Below, piece by piece: positions 30,602 through 42,082 of a DNA stretch of 64,000 nucleotides. The DNA is taken from the NCBI RefSeq assembly GCF_017348835.2, contig NZ_CP071375.1; one strand, written 5' to 3'. Under the pieces are notes generated by a model. It saw only the letters and a list, made by a program, of their open reading frames with translations. It was not told the DNA's origin and did not search any database. Every line of letters begins with the position of its first letter. Position 1 is the stretch's first letter. The position numbers and the translations under genes were made by a program. This DNA comes from Escherichia coli (GTDB lineage: Bacteria > Pseudomonadota > Gammaproteobacteria > Enterobacterales > Enterobacteriaceae).

Positions 30602-31855
30602 TCAATGTAATACGGTACTCAACCAATAGGTTAAAATTTCCCACGGGCCGGTTAATACAAAATCAGTACCTTGTCCTTGCAAGCCTACACCGGCTCCAGC
30701 TAAAAATGGCGTTGCCCCTGGTGCGACATAACCGCCTAAATACATCACTACAACGCAGAATAACAAGGTCGAGATAATCGAACGAATCACGTTACCGTTG
30801 CTCGCCATTACGGTCATGGTGGTCATATAAATAATTGACATCAATACGCCAATTGGGAAGATCTTAATATCAGGCAATACCAGAGCACATAGCATGGTTA
30901 AAGGAATGGTAATTACTGTCACGGTGACCGTCGCCTGATCCCCCAACGCTAGTGCACAATCCATACCGATGTTTAATTCAGCATCTTTACCCATCTGTTT
31001 TTGCATGATTTCTTTGGCACTTTTCCCTATTGGGTTAAGACCTTCCATCAGCACACCGACCACTTTAGGTAACAATACCATTACGCCAGCAACCCCCATC
31101 GCCATGGGAACAATTGTGGTAATTGCCTGTTTCGTTAAAACTCCGAGTAATGCGCCAACGATAACACCGATAATTGCAGGTTCACCAAAGACACCCAGGC
31201 GTTTTTGCACACTGTTTAAGTCAACATCTAACTTATTTAACCCTGGGATGTAATCAATGATTTTATTTACTACCCAGGCGAACGGTAGAGTCCAGCCGAT
31301 ATGAATCATCGTGGTACAGGTTGTTCCCTCGAGTCCATAATATTTTTGCCATCTGGGCGCAATCAAATCGCCAATAAACAGAGCCGCAATACTCAAAGCC
31401 ACCGCGACAGAGAAGCCGATGATAAAACTGTCGAACACAAAATATGCCAGAGCGCCCGGAACTAAAAAATGCATATAGTTCCAGATATCAACATTTAACG
31501 TTTTGGTTAATTTCAGGCGCACCAGTATCAGGTTAAGTACGATGCCAACTGGTATCACTAATGCGGCAAAAGGTGCTACCCATGCAGCAGCACCGACTGC
31601 TGGCCAACCAATATCTGCAACCGTAAAACCACTACCTACTTTTGAGTAAAACTCAATAGCTGGCTGTAATGAACTATTTAATAAACCAACAACCAAACCT
31701 AAACCAATAAAACCAATACCGACTGTGATGCCCGACTTGATCGCGGCACCGGGTTTCATTCTGAACACCAGACCTAAAATAAATATCACCAGCGGCAGTA
31801 TTGCAGTTGCCCCCATTCCGGTGATTGTTTCCATTAAATTTTTCAACATTTCCAT
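30602..31855 (-). CDS. PTS EIIC component, galactitol (GatC/SgcC) family
   Basis: 417-aa polytopic membrane protein with GatC-family sequence. Confidence 0.8.
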   Translation of the reverse strand: MEMLKNLMETITGMGATAILPLVIFILGLVFRMKPGAAIKSGITVGIGFIGLGLVVGLLNSSLQPAIEFYSKVGSGFTVADIGWPAVGAAAWVAPFAALVIPVGIVLNLILVRLKLTKTLNVDIWNYMHFLVPGALAYFVFDSFIIGFSVAVALSIAALFIGDLIAPRWQKYYGLEGTTCTTMIHIGWTLPFAWVVNKIIDYIPGLNKLDVDLNSVQKRLGVFGEPAIIGVIVGALLGVLTKQAITTIVPMAMGVAGVMVLLPKVVGVLMEGLNPIGKSAKEIMQKQMGKDAELNIGMDCALALGDQATVTVTVITIPLTMLCALVLPDIKIFPIGVLMSIIYMTTMTVMASNGNVIRSIISTLLFCVVVMYLGGYVAPGATPFLAGAGVGLQGQGTDFVLTGPWEILTYWLSTVLH

Positions 31856-31875
31856 TTTTATTATTCCTGTCAGGT

Positions 31876-32169
31876 TTAGCTATTTGCTAATTCAGTTAAT
31901 AACTCTCCTAATTTCTTACGTAATGCTCCTTCATTAATACCCGTTACAAAACCTGCAACACTCATATGTGGTTTCCCAATATCACCTTTATAGTTATTAG
32001 TTGTGAGTACAATATCTGCATGAGCCATCTCAGAAGAAAGTTCAGCCATACTGCATTTGTTGATTTTAAATGCCGTAATACCATATTCAGCACATACTGA
32101 CTTCACTTCATCAGCAGCAAGCGTAGATGTAGCGACACCGCTACCACAAGCAACAAGAATATTAATCAT
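31876..32169 (-). CDS. PTS EIIB component
   Basis: 97 aa with N-terminal ILVACGSGVATS cysteine-loop motif. Confidence 0.75.
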   Translation of the reverse strand: MINILVACGSGVATSTLAADEVKSVCAEYGITAFKINKCSMAELSSEMAHADIVLTTNNYKGDIGKPHMSVAGFVTGINEGALRKKLGELLTELANS

Positions 32170-32187
32170 AATAAACTCCAGTTTTTA

Positions 32188-32682
32188 CTATTGGATTATT
32201 TTGGACACAAAAAGTGCTTTTGCATCATCGACGGGAAGTGTCAGTAAGCTTTGGTAAAATTCTTCATTTTGGAGATGGTTAAATAATGACTTTAACAATC
32301 GAAGCTGGTCAGCAGGATCCGTAACAATAAGATTAACGACGAGTCTGACCCACAATATTCCATCTTCATCAGCCCTGTTCACAGGTATTGCGTCTGGCAG
32401 ACGGATGATATAAATAGCCGGTTGATTCGCATGTTCACTATCACAGTGTGGTATAGCGATAGAATAACCTTCCAGTTCTATTCCTGTCGGATATTCCGCT
32501 TCGCGTTTACGCATAGCATTGAGCCAGCTCTCTTTCACCGTATTCGTTTCACGATGCGTGTTATAAATATGTTCAAGCACGGCATCGTAGTTCTGTAGTC
32601 CCGCACCATCGGCAACACTGATCGATATCATATCCTTCCCCCTCACCCCACAATGCTCACATGAGCATTGAACAATCTTCAT
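32188..32682 (-). CDS. PTS EIIA component (type 2 family); start uncertain
   Basis: Contains AIPHCDSEH active-site-His region; a shorter product from an internal Met near 32634 is plausible. Confidence 0.65.
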   Translation of the reverse strand: MKIVQCSCEHCGVRGKDMISISVADGAGLQNYDAVLEHIYNTHRETNTVKESWLNAMRKREAEYPTGIELEGYSIAIPHCDSEHANQPAIYIIRLPDAIPVNRADEDGILWVRLVVNLIVTDPADQLRLLKSLFNHLQNEEFYQSLLTLPVDDAKALFVSKIIQ

Positions 32683-32967
32683 ATGAGCAGTTATAGCACA
32701 ACGATCCTGTGGATGAATGACGAGATCTGAGAAATTAAATCCAGATCACAAAAGCACATAATGGCGACAGTATTTATGCTCATATGAGCAAATCATGATT
32801 CAAAAAATGATTTCTTCGAAAAAAATGAGGTAAAACTGGCAATATGCAGAGGATGCACTCAATAGAGGACGCTAAGCAAGCATCGCCATGGATGCTCACT
32901 TGATAATTAGGAAATGATTACATTTGGCAAAGCTGATTCGAAGGGAGAAGGCGTGTCGTAGTGAGTT

Positions 32968-33723
32968 CTAACAGGTTATTACTGACGTGTATTTTGCGAC
33001 TTCGGCAATCCCCTCTTTGTCGGCATGATCGTTGGTTATAAGGGCGGTGATCTCCGACCAGTCGCAGATCTTAAACAAACTGCTGCGCTCAAACTTGGTG
33101 TAATCGCCGAGGATATATTTTTTGTCTGAGTGCGAAATTATCGTGCGATCCAAAAACGCATCAGAAGAAGAAGGCGTCGATGGACCAGTCATGTTACTAA
33201 AGCCGTCGGTTCCAATAAAACAGAGATCAACATGTATATCGTTGATCATAGATACCGCCCACCCCCCAAACACTGAGGAACTCTTTCTACGCAGTTCGCC
33301 GCCAAAGAGAAAAACCTGGTTGTCAGATTCAATCAACACACTGGCAACGGGGAGCGAATCTGTGAAGATTTTAAACCCAGATTTCATACATAACAGGTTA
33401 GCCAGCTCAAAAGTGGTACTGCCCGTACCGATAATCATCGAACTATTAGGTGGAATGAAATCAAGCGCTTTGCGAGCAATCGCCTTCTTATAAGAGTTAT
33501 TTTCTTTTTCCCTGACCTGAAAGGGATGCTCTATGGCCCTTTGCTTTAAAGTCGCCCCACCATGGCTTTTGATCAGCAGCCCTTTTTGTTCAAGATGGGT
33601 CAAATCTTTCCTGATGGTTTCATACGTTACTTCATACTTTCGTGCAAGATCACTGACATAGACCGTACCTGCCGACATTAAGTCTTCAAGTATTAACTTT
33701 CGCCTTTCATCAACCAGATACAT
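32968..33723 (-). CDS. DeoR-family transcriptional regulator
   Basis: 251 aa; N-terminal HTH (RRKLILEDLMSAGTVYVSDLARKYEVTYETIRKDL) and C-terminal sugar-phosphate sensor region. Confidence 0.8.
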   Translation of the reverse strand: MYLVDERRKLILEDLMSAGTVYVSDLARKYEVTYETIRKDLTHLEQKGLLIKSHGGATLKQRAIEHPFQVREKENNSYKKAIARKALDFIPPNSSMIIGTGSTTFELANLLCMKSGFKIFTDSLPVASVLIESDNQVFLFGGELRRKSSSVFGGWAVSMINDIHVDLCFIGTDGFSNMTGPSTPSSSDAFLDRTIISHSDKKYILGDYTKFERSSLFKICDWSEITALITNDHADKEGIAEVAKYTSVITC

Positions 33724-34071
33724 CCTTCCTCCTGAAAACTATTACCCATCTTAGAAAACGCCAAGCATAGCACAGATGATGCAAACAAAAACAAACACTA
33801 ACAGTGGAAAGTACAAATAAACCCAATAAAGACAATAGTTCAAAAACCATATATCCGATTGATAATAAATGAGTTTTTATTATTCATTACAACGCCACTG
33901 TACAATCCCAATTTGTCCCAATTGGCTTAATTTATTAATTATTTGTTTTTGTTGGTTTTTAATATCATAAAAATCAATTAGTTATAAATTTTGTGATTCA
34001 GATCTCAATTGACAACCAATATTTACCAATAGCATACTTGGCTTTAGTTACTTAACGACAGGCAAAATGAA

Positions 34072-34608
34072 ATGAAAACAAAGATTGCTATCGCAAGCGA
34101 TGATGTAGGTTTTGCACGTAAAGAGGAGATAAAAAAATACCTCATAGAAGAGAAAAACATGGAGATCGTGTACGATCCCGTCACATGTAAGGAACAAGGT
34201 GTCAATAACTTCGCGCGTCTGGCCGACGAAATGGCAGGCATTATTCAACGCGATGAGTGCCGTCTGGGAATTTACATTTGTGGGACTGGCATTGGCTTTA
34301 CTTGTCAGATCAACAAACACTGGGGCATAAGAGCCGTTGCGGTTACTAACCCCTACTCCGCAAAGCGGGCGCGACTCAGCAATAACGCACAAGTTATTGG
34401 ACTGGGTTGCCGGGTCAACGATCTCGAATACAGCAAAATGATTGTCGATGCATGGTTGGATAACCCATTCGACTTCACCACCGCCAGAGAAAATTCTAAA
34501 AAGAACTTGCTAGAAGCTGAACGTAACGATAATGCATTGCTGGTTAAGCCCGCTGATGTACGCTGGAATATGGGTTTCCGACCAGATGATGAAAAATCTG
34601 AGGGTTAA
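34072..34608 (+). CDS. RpiB/LacA/LacB-family sugar-phosphate isomerase
   Basis: 178 aa with RpiB-family features. Confidence 0.7.
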   Translation: MKTKIAIASDDVGFARKEEIKKYLIEEKNMEIVYDPVTCKEQGVNNFARLADEMAGIIQRDECRLGIYICGTGIGFTCQINKHWGIRAVAVTNPYSAKRARLSNNAQVIGLGCRVNDLEYSKMIVDAWLDNPFDFTTARENSKKNLLEAERNDNALLVKPADVRWNMGFRPDDEKSEG

Positions 34609-34611
34609 TGT

Positions 34612-35982
34612 ATGGAACTGATCACGCAATTTATAAACGATCTGGGAAATTTTATATTTATCCCGGTCATCTTCCTGGTACTGATGAAGATACTTGGCCG
34701 TCCTCTTTCAGAATGTATCTCGTCTGCCATCAAAGTCGGCATTGGTTTCATTGCGTTAACCATGACCATCAAACTGATGCTGGAAAAAATGCAACCGGCA
34801 GTCACCGGATTAGCAGAAGCAACAGGTTCCTCGCTCAGTGCCATCGATGTTGGTGGCGCAGCGACTGCAGTTATGGGATTTGGCTCCAGCATGGGCGCTA
34901 TCATTATTCCCCTCTGTGTTGCGGTAAATATTGCAATGCTGGTCGCCCGCCTGACTGACTGTGTTAACGTTGATGTTTTCAACCTTCATCAAAATGCGTC
35001 AATGGGGGCAATTGTTGGCGTCTATTCTGGCAGCTTCCTGTATGGCGCATTGACCGCCGCGCTATTCCATGTCTGGGCGCTGATCGCTGCCGATCTTGGT
35101 GCTAAAAATAACGAAAAATTCTTTAACCTGCCAAAAGGTGTTGCGATCTCTCACCCGGTTGCCAATACCTACTTACTTTTCGCTTATCCATTCAACTGGA
35201 TTTATGATCGCATCCCAGGCTTCCGTAATCTGAATGTGACCGCCGAAACTATTCAAAAACGGTTTGGCATTCTCGGCGATCCAACTATGGTTGGTTTTAT
35301 TATTGGTATTTTATTGGGCTTTTGTGGTTATGGCTGGAAATCCCCATACCACACCATAATCGCCAGCCTACAGTTAGGGATGTATCTGGCTGCGGTCATG
35401 CTTCTGTTGCCACGTATGACCTCTATCATGATGGAAGGGCTTGTTCCGCTTTCTAACGTAGCACGCAAAAAACTGGTCAAACGTTTCCCGGATCGTCAAA
35501 TCACTGTTGGCATGGACACTGCCCTGATTGTGGGTCATCCGTCAGTTATCGCCCCTGCATTATTACTGATTCCGGTAATTGTGATCCTCGCCGTAATCTT
35601 GCCTGGCAACCGCGTTATGCCACTGGGTGACCTCTCTCAGTTTGTGTTTTTCATTGCCTGCATGGTACCTGTTTTCAATGGCAACATTATTCGCACCTGG
35701 GTGACCTCGATCATATTGTTTGGTGGTGGTCTGTATATTGCGTCGTGGATGGCACCGGCTACCAACGAAGTCTTCCAGAAATTTGGTACAAACCCGGATG
35801 CCAGCGTGATGTACTCTTCGCTTAACCCGTCAGCGAATCCATTTACTGGTCTGTTTGCCGCCCTGAGCCATGTTGGAATCATTGGCTATGTGATGGCAGG
35901 TATCCTTTTGTTATCTATCGGATACTTAATTAAACAAAAATCACGTCGCCAGATTGAAACGGATTTGGAAAAAGCGCTTTAA
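34612..35982 (+). CDS. PTS EIIC component, galactitol family (second copy)
   Basis: 456-aa membrane protein, paralogous to the EIIC at 30602-31855. Confidence 0.8.
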   Translation: MELITQFINDLGNFIFIPVIFLVLMKILGRPLSECISSAIKVGIGFIALTMTIKLMLEKMQPAVTGLAEATGSSLSAIDVGGAATAVMGFGSSMGAIIIPLCVAVNIAMLVARLTDCVNVDVFNLHQNASMGAIVGVYSGSFLYGALTAALFHVWALIAADLGAKNNEKFFNLPKGVAISHPVANTYLLFAYPFNWIYDRIPGFRNLNVTAETIQKRFGILGDPTMVGFIIGILLGFCGYGWKSPYHTIIASLQLGMYLAAVMLLLPRMTSIMMEGLVPLSNVARKKLVKRFPDRQITVGMDTALIVGHPSVIAPALLLIPVIVILAVILPGNRVMPLGDLSQFVFFIACMVPVFNGNIIRTWVTSIILFGGGLYIASWMAPATNEVFQKFGTNPDASVMYSSLNPSANPFTGLFAALSHVGIIGYVMAGILLLSIGYLIKQKSRRQIETDLEKAL

Positions 35983-36005
35983 ATCTTTTACAGAGGAATA
36001 ATCAA

Positions 36006-36290
36006 ATGAAAAAAATATTAGTAGTTTGCGGAAACGGAATTGCCTCATCTTCCATCATGGTCTCTGTACTGCAGGACTTCCTGAAAGAAGAGAAAATTGA
36101 AGCGCAAGTCGATAAATCTTCGTTAATGGCATGCACCAGCGATACCTTCAACAGCTATGACCTGGTAGTTTCATCAACCAAACTCGATAACCCGGCCATT
36201 ACTACTCGTGTCATCGTTGGCGCTGGATTACTGACTGGTCTGGGCGAAGATGAGATTTTCGCTGCAGTTAAAGAAGAGATGTTGAAATAA
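36006..36290 (+). CDS. PTS EIIB component (second set)
   Basis: 94 aa with VVCGNGIASS motif. Confidence 0.75.
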   Translation: MKKILVVCGNGIASSSIMVSVLQDFLKEEKIEAQVDKSSLMACTSDTFNSYDLVVSSTKLDNPAITTRVIVGAGLLTGLGEDEIFAAVKEEMLK

Positions 36291-36300
36291 CAGGTGTGCA

Positions 36301-36759
36301 ATGAAATTTGAAATTCTGGTGAATGATGTTGATAACAGCATCAGTGACTATCAAACGGCGATCACCTTTGCTGGTACGCAATTATTGGAAAAAGGCTACA
36401 TCACTGCAGAATACATTGACGCCTGCCTGGAACGTGAAAAAAACTATCCGACAGGGCTAATGATGGCAAACGGTCAGGGTATCGCCATTCCCCATGCCGA
36501 TTACACGCTGGTAAATGTAAACAGTATCAGTATTGTTCGTTTCGCCAATGATGTCACTTTCGGGCAAATGGAAGATGCTGATTTAACAGTTGATTGTAGC
36601 ATTATGTTTAACCTGGCATTTGCCACCAGTGATCAACATATGTCGATATTGCGTCGTTTATTCACACTGTTTCAGGATAACGCCTTTGTTGAGACTTGCC
36701 GCAATTTACCTGCAACGCGCGTGGCTAAATATGTAGAGGATACGCTCGCAGCATCCTGA
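36301..36759 (+). CDS. PTS EIIA component (second set)
   Basis: 152 aa with GIAIPHAD active-site-His region. Confidence 0.7.
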   Translation: MKFEILVNDVDNSISDYQTAITFAGTQLLEKGYITAEYIDACLEREKNYPTGLMMANGQGIAIPHADYTLVNVNSISIVRFANDVTFGQMEDADLTVDCSIMFNLAFATSDQHMSILRRLFTLFQDNAFVETCRNLPATRVAKYVEDTLAAS

Positions 36760-36810
36760 AATTAAAAGGGCAGAATCAGCGGTACTGCCCTTTCTTCACT
36801 GATACGGCTA

Positions 36811-37788
36811 TTAATCCAGAAGTTTAATGGCCGTATCAAAATCAGTAATTAAGACATTCAAAAGTCCGGATTTCAGCGAAGCAAGGATGCCTTCATATTT
36901 TTCTTCTCCTCCAGCGACACCAATCACTTTTTTGGCTTTTTGTAGTTGATCCATCGAAATGCCAAATCCCAGACGTTCAATAGGACTATGAAGAATCTTC
37001 CCTTCCCTGTTGACCAACGAGATACACACATCCGCAGCGATATCTTGTTGAAACAAAGCTTCGCACCAGGTATCCGGAAATATTTTACACAAGCTTGAAG
37101 AACCAGATTTCCAGTCACCTATCCCGGTGATAACCACATCCAACTGTGAGTAATATTGCTGTGTATCTAATACCGCAGGATCACCTGCCAGTCTGGCAGC
37201 AAGCTCTTCGTCATCGACCCACATCGGCACGTACATTGGGTGCGCTTTTCCCTGCGAAATGGCTGCGATCTTATGAATAAGATCTATTGGCCCTTGACTG
37301 AACTCAATCCCCGGATGTACGCCAGATAACTGCACAACGTCTAAAGGAGGCAACTTGCTCAACTTACTGACCGTGCTTGATAATACACGCCCCCAGGCGA
37401 TCCCCACTTTCATACCTTCATGAAGAGATTGCATAAGATATTCAGCGGTGACTTCACCCAATTTGTGATTGAGTTCTTCTTGCGTCGTCCAGGATTCTGC
37501 AACTGAAAGAACAATTGCATCTTCCAGATGAAATTTTTTCCGTAGATTATTAGCGATTTCTTCATCCATCGCTTGCTGCTTAGGGAAGATAAACCTCACG
37601 TAATCCTGTTCGATCGCCTCATCGATCAATCTGGCAACTTTAAAGCGGGAAACGCCAAGCTCCTCTGCAATCTCAATCTTGGTTTTCATATCCGCAAAAT
37701 AACGTCTGACCACGAGCGAGTATATGTAGCGAGGATCGTAACCCTGCCAGCGGCTGTTTTTTTTCTGTTTCGTCATTCTCTTTTCCAT
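36811..37788 (-). CDS. SorC/DeoR-type sugar-binding transcriptional regulator
   Basis: 325 aa with N-terminal HTH and C-terminal sugar-binding domain typical of SorC-family regulators. Confidence 0.7.
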   Translation of the reverse strand: MEKRMTKQKKNSRWQGYDPRYIYSLVVRRYFADMKTKIEIAEELGVSRFKVARLIDEAIEQDYVRFIFPKQQAMDEEIANNLRKKFHLEDAIVLSVAESWTTQEELNHKLGEVTAEYLMQSLHEGMKVGIAWGRVLSSTVSKLSKLPPLDVVQLSGVHPGIEFSQGPIDLIHKIAAISQGKAHPMYVPMWVDDEELAARLAGDPAVLDTQQYYSQLDVVITGIGDWKSGSSSLCKIFPDTWCEALFQQDIAADVCISLVNREGKILHSPIERLGFGISMDQLQKAKKVIGVAGGEEKYEGILASLKSGLLNVLITDFDTAIKLLD

Positions 37789-37949
37789 TGATCATGTCAT
37801 CAGCAAACATGTATAAATCAGAAGAGTATAACGATTATGCTCATAAGAGATGCGCATATGAGAAGAAAATTATCATTTGTATGATTCGAAACAACCTGTT
37901 CTGGATGACGGAATGCTTACACAGACCGACAAACCAGACGTTTTGAATG

Positions 37950-38876
37950 TCAAAATCCGTTACGGTTGATATTCACAGGCATTCCCGATCGACGTTGCAA
38001 CGCAGCATTTGCGCGATTTACATCAACTTCTTGCCCGTTGATAAACGCCCGCAAAGATGGGGTTACAGGCAATGGCACTTTTCGGTCAGACTCATATTCT
38101 GCACGATTGCGCGACAGCGGCTCATGAACTTCCAGCCAGTTCGAGCCATCTGGTTCAGTGGTGTATTTTACTGGCTGGTCGATAATTTGCACACGCGTCC
38201 CAACAGGAACATTATCAAACAGATATTTGATATCGTCATTGCGCAGACGAATACAGCCCTGACTTACCCGAAGTCCAATACCAAAATTGGCATTGGTACC
38301 GTGGATGGCATACAACCTGCCAATATAAATCGCGTACAGCCCCATGGGATTATCGGGCCCCGCAGGAACAAATGCGGGCAAACTCTCCCCTCGTTTCGCA
38401 TATTCGCGCCGAGTGTTCGGCGTTGGCGTCCAGGTTGGAGCTTCTTGTTTACGTTCAACGGTAGTCACCCAGTTACGCGGGGTTTCTCGCCCAGCCTGGC
38501 CGATACCAATAGGAAAGACTTCCACAGTATTACTGTCTGGTGGGTAGTAATAAAGACGCATCTCAGCGACGTTAACCACAATCCCTTTACGAACAGTGGC
38601 GGGCAAAATCAGTTGCTGCGGAATGGTGAGTTGCGAGCCAGACTTCGGCAAGAAAACATCAGCGCCCGGGTTCGCTTCCAGCATGTTACTTAACCCTTGC
38701 CCGTATTGTGCGGCAAAAGTCTCCAGCGGCTGGGTATTGTGATCAGGAACAGTTACAGTAAACGACTGCCCCACTAAACGGCTACCCTCTGGAGGTAATG
38801 GATAAGTTACCGCCAGGCTAGTATGGCTGGCAAAAAGCAGAGCAAATGAGCAAAGAATATTTACACGACGCATCAT
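37950..38876 (-). CDS. ldtA: L,D-transpeptidase
   Basis: ErfK/YbiS/YcfS/YnhG-family sequence with signal peptide. Confidence 0.85.
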   Translation of the reverse strand: MMRRVNILCSFALLFASHTSLAVTYPLPPEGSRLVGQSFTVTVPDHNTQPLETFAAQYGQGLSNMLEANPGADVFLPKSGSQLTIPQQLILPATVRKGIVVNVAEMRLYYYPPDSNTVEVFPIGIGQAGRETPRNWVTTVERKQEAPTWTPTPNTRREYAKRGESLPAFVPAGPDNPMGLYAIYIGRLYAIHGTNANFGIGLRVSQGCIRLRNDDIKYLFDNVPVGTRVQIIDQPVKYTTEPDGSNWLEVHEPLSRNRAEYESDRKVPLPVTPSLRAFINGQEVDVNRANAALQRRSGMPVNINRNGF

Positions 38877-38937
38877 GTCCCTTTCCTAAGTCGCGAAAGC
38901 TATCCGTTAAGTATAGCTTTTATCAGACTTTTCGTTT

Positions 38938-40017
38938 TTAACTGTTCAAATCAGAAGTCGTATTCCCCGGTAGAACAATATTACTGGCAGCAAGTTCGCC
39001 CATATTGTTATATATCGCACAGGCAGCTTCGATGATGGGCATCGCCAGAGCTGCGCCACTCCCCTCACCTAAACGCATCTCCATATTGAGATAAGGCTCC
39101 AGCCCCAAATGCGACAGCGCTATACGCGCCCCTTTTTCTGCCGACAGGTGAGAAGGAATGAGATACGGTTTGATTGCAGGAGACATCTGGCAGGCTGCGA
39201 GCGCAGCAGCATAAGAAAGAAATCCATCCAGCAACACGGGTAAACCGCAGGAAGCAGCGCCTAACATCACGCCAGCCATTCCGACCAAATCAAATCCACC
39301 CACTTTTGCCAGGACATCAACGCCATCCTGAGGATTTGGTTGATTCAACGTAATCGCCCGGCGCACAACATCAATTTTATTAGCCAGTTTATCTGTCGGC
39401 AGGTTTGCGCCAATCCCAACCACTTCTTCAGGATCCCGGCCAGTGATTGTGCTGACGATTGCCGCTGCCGGTGTCGTGTTTGCCATCCCCAGTTCACCTA
39501 CACCAAACAGCGTGACACCGTTTTTTGCCAGCTCCCGCGTATAACATATGACGTCGAAAAGCAACTTTTCAGCCTGACGGCGACTCATTGCCGGAGCTGA
39601 AGCAATATTGCCGCTACCTCGTGCGACACGCATGTTGATAAGCCCGGGGATAGGCTCAGCAGTATCAATACCAACATCAATTACGTGGACGTTAGCGCCC
39701 GCTTGTGCTGCCAGCACACACACGCCGGTTGTTCCGCGGGTCATATTTTCAGCCTGAATGGCTGTCACTTCTTTTGGGGAAATAGCGACCCCTTCCTCCC
39801 AGACGCCGTGATCGGCACACATAACCAGTACCGCTTTTTTGCCCACATGCGGTATGCCATTCAACCCCGGCATTCCTGCCAGTTGTATGGCAAGCGCCTC
39901 CAGCCTTCCAAGGCTACCAACAGGTTTGAGTAACCCGTCAATATGCCGTTGTGCACGCGACATAGCGGCAGGATCGATAGCAGGGATCGTATTCAGTAAA
40001 TCGGCAAGTGTTTGCAT
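38938..40017 (-). CDS. cobT: Nicotinate-nucleotide--dimethylbenzimidazole phosphoribosyltransferase
   Basis: 359-aa CobT in the cobUST arrangement. Confidence 0.9.
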   Translation of the reverse strand: MQTLADLLNTIPAIDPAAMSRAQRHIDGLLKPVGSLGRLEALAIQLAGMPGLNGIPHVGKKAVLVMCADHGVWEEGVAISPKEVTAIQAENMTRGTTGVCVLAAQAGANVHVIDVGIDTAEPIPGLINMRVARGSGNIASAPAMSRRQAEKLLFDVICYTRELAKNGVTLFGVGELGMANTTPAAAIVSTITGRDPEEVVGIGANLPTDKLANKIDVVRRAITLNQPNPQDGVDVLAKVGGFDLVGMAGVMLGAASCGLPVLLDGFLSYAAALAACQMSPAIKPYLIPSHLSAEKGARIALSHLGLEPYLNMEMRLGEGSGAALAMPIIEAACAIYNNMGELAASNIVLPGNTTSDLNS

Positions 40018-40028
40018 GTCACGTCTCT

Positions 40029-40772
40029 TTATAGCAGTGCCAGCAGGAAGACCAGTTCACCAAGCTCTATAGCTGCTCCCAGCGTATCGCCGGTTTGCCC
40101 GCCCAGCGTACGTTTGAGAAGCTGACCGAGGATGAAAATCGCCACCATCGTCACCACCATAGCAGCCACACCATGCATACCCGGCAATAATACGGCAGCA
40201 AAAATAGCGGCTAAGCCGAGTGTGACGCAAGTTTGTCGCCCATCAATTTTGCCAATGAACACATTGCCAAGTCCTTCTTCCCGGGCATAACGATGACGAT
40301 ACATCAATAATGCGGCAGTCCCGCGGCTGACCGCACATGCTGCCGCCAGCGATGCAAGGATCGGTTCGCCACGCAGAGCCAACTCGCTTAACACCAGAAT
40401 CTTTGCCAGTACAACAAAAATCAATGCCAGACCGCCGTGGGTGCCTAAACGGCTATCACGCATGATTTCCAACATGCGATCGCGGCTACGTGCAGAAAAT
40501 ACGCCATCACAGGTATCGGCGAGGCCGTCCAGGTGGAATCCCCCGGTCATCAGCGCCAGCGCCAGCACGCTAAACAGTGCCGCCAGTGGTACACCAAACC
40601 ATGCCTGCAACGCCATGAAGACCAGCCCGCTAATCGCGCCAAGCAATAAACCAATTAAAGGAAAAGTAATAATACCGCGAGAATAATGCTCGAAATCCAG
40701 TCCCTGGGACCAGCGACGCGGTACAGGCAGACGCGTAATAAATGAGAGCATCGCCCAAAATAATTTACTCAT
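40029..40772 (-). CDS. cobS: Cobalamin 5-prime-phosphate synthase
   Basis: Membrane protein; start placed at [11 protein letters not shown], overlapping the cobU stop. Confidence 0.85.
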   Translation of the reverse strand: MSKLFWAMLSFITRLPVPRRWSQGLDFEHYSRGIITFPLIGLLLGAISGLVFMALQAWFGVPLAALFSVLALALMTGGFHLDGLADTCDGVFSARSRDRMLEIMRDSRLGTHGGLALIFVVLAKILVLSELALRGEPILASLAAACAVSRGTAALLMYRHRYAREEGLGNVFIGKIDGRQTCVTLGLAAIFAAVLLPGMHGVAAMVVTMVAIFILGQLLKRTLGGQTGDTLGAAIELGELVFLLALL

Positions 40773-41314
40773 TTGATTTTTACTCCAATACCCGAAACCA
40801 CCAGCCATACTTCATTTGCCGCAGCGGCCAGCTGCTGATTTACCCGCCCGGCAATATCACGAAAATGTCGTGCCAGACGACTCTCCGGCACAATCCCCAT
40901 TCCCACTTCGTTAGTCACTAATACAACCTTTGCGGGGCAACGTTGGCAGGCAGCAATCAACGACTGAATCTCAGCATTAATCGCCTGTTCCATCGCCTGA
41001 TAATCCCATTCATCAGGGTCTTTATCGCCGCCATAATCAAACAACAGATTAGTCACCATTGTGGTAACGCATTCCAGCAACACAGCTTCATGCGGGTTAA
41101 TGTCTGCATGAATTAATTCATCAAGATGTTGCCAACGCTCCACCGTGCGCCAGTGCGCCGGACGGCCTTGCCGATGATGTTCTATCCGTGCAGCCATCTC
41201 ATCATCAAGGATTTGCGAGGTGGCGATATACAGAACCTGTGAAGAGTCCCCAATAAGCGCCTCTGCGTGGCGACTCTTCCCGCTCCGTGCGCCCCCCGTC
41301 ACCAAAATCATCAT
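40769..41314 (-). CDS. cobU: Adenosylcobinamide kinase / adenosylcobinamide-phosphate guanylyltransferase
   Basis: 181 aa with P-loop GGARSGKS. Confidence 0.9.
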   Translation of the reverse strand: MMILVTGGARSGKSRHAEALIGDSSQVLYIATSQILDDEMAARIEHHRQGRPAHWRTVERWQHLDELIHADINPHEAVLLECVTTMVTNLLFDYGGDKDPDEWDYQAMEQAINAEIQSLIAACQRCPAKVVLVTNEVGMGIVPESRLARHFRDIAGRVNQQLAAAANEVWLVVSGIGVKIK

Positions 41315-41447
41315 ACCTACTCCTGATTCAATTGTATGATGGTATTCATTGAACAGAACAATGGATCCCCCACCGTTGCTGACCGCAAAACATTTACACG
41401 ATTAATACTGCGCGTAATATAATTAAAAATCCAGCATTCTCAATCCA

Positions 41448-41807
41448 TTACGAAAGAAGATGGCATTGCGGAATAGCCCGACTTCCTCGTGTTAACGTAT
41501 GACAAAATGCGTCATTGACAGCGGTTTCTCTGGAATGACAGATTTCATTCAGATAATGGATTAATGCTACAGTCCCACCAGCCGGACCAGTCAGCAAACG
41601 GGCATTGTGTTCTGCAATCAAAATTACCGTCGTTCCCTCAGAATGAGCGAGCCATTCTGGTACGGATATCTCGCTTTCAGCTGCTATCAATAGCTGCACT
41701 GAATAATCGCTATACGCATCTGATAATGATTGCACAGACCCACCGTTAAGAGGCTGGAAATCTTGCTGCCAGTCCTCACGGATAAAACCGCAGCCTCTAC
41801 AGTGCAC
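41448..41807 (-). pseudogene. Gene remnant upstream of cobU (possibly the 3-prime end of a cobyric-acid-synthase-like gene)
   Basis: 119-aa ORF immediately upstream of cobU on the same strand with no convincing start context; assignment is by position only. Confidence 0.3.
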
Positions 41808-41809
41808 TG

Positions 41810-42082
41810 TTGGTCAGTGCCTGCGAAGCGGACATTATCGCGCTGGTGCTTAATGCGGACGCACCGTGGTCACCTTTTTCGCCAGGCTTTACCTCGTCAA
41901 TGAATCGCCCGGTCATTGGAGTAGTAACCAAAGCAGATTTAGCCAACATGGAACAAATATCTTTGGTGAAATGTTGGTTACGGGAAGCTGGAGCGCACAA
42001 CGTGTTAGTAACCAGTGCGGTTAATAACAATAGAGTTGCAGAACTTTTTGCCTTGCTGCATATAGAAGAAGTCTGTCGCTAA
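41810..42082 (+). pseudogene. yoeF: EutP/PduV-like fragment (yoeF-type remnant)
   Basis: 90-aa fragment resembling the C-terminus of small EutP/PduV GTPases, at the cobU-yeeX junction. Confidence 0.4.

Noticed and set aside
41448-42082. The two ORFs between cobU and yeeX as intact genes
   Set aside because: Both are short fragments without proper start context, in an interval that reads as a deletion or empty-site scar; called remnants at low confidence.
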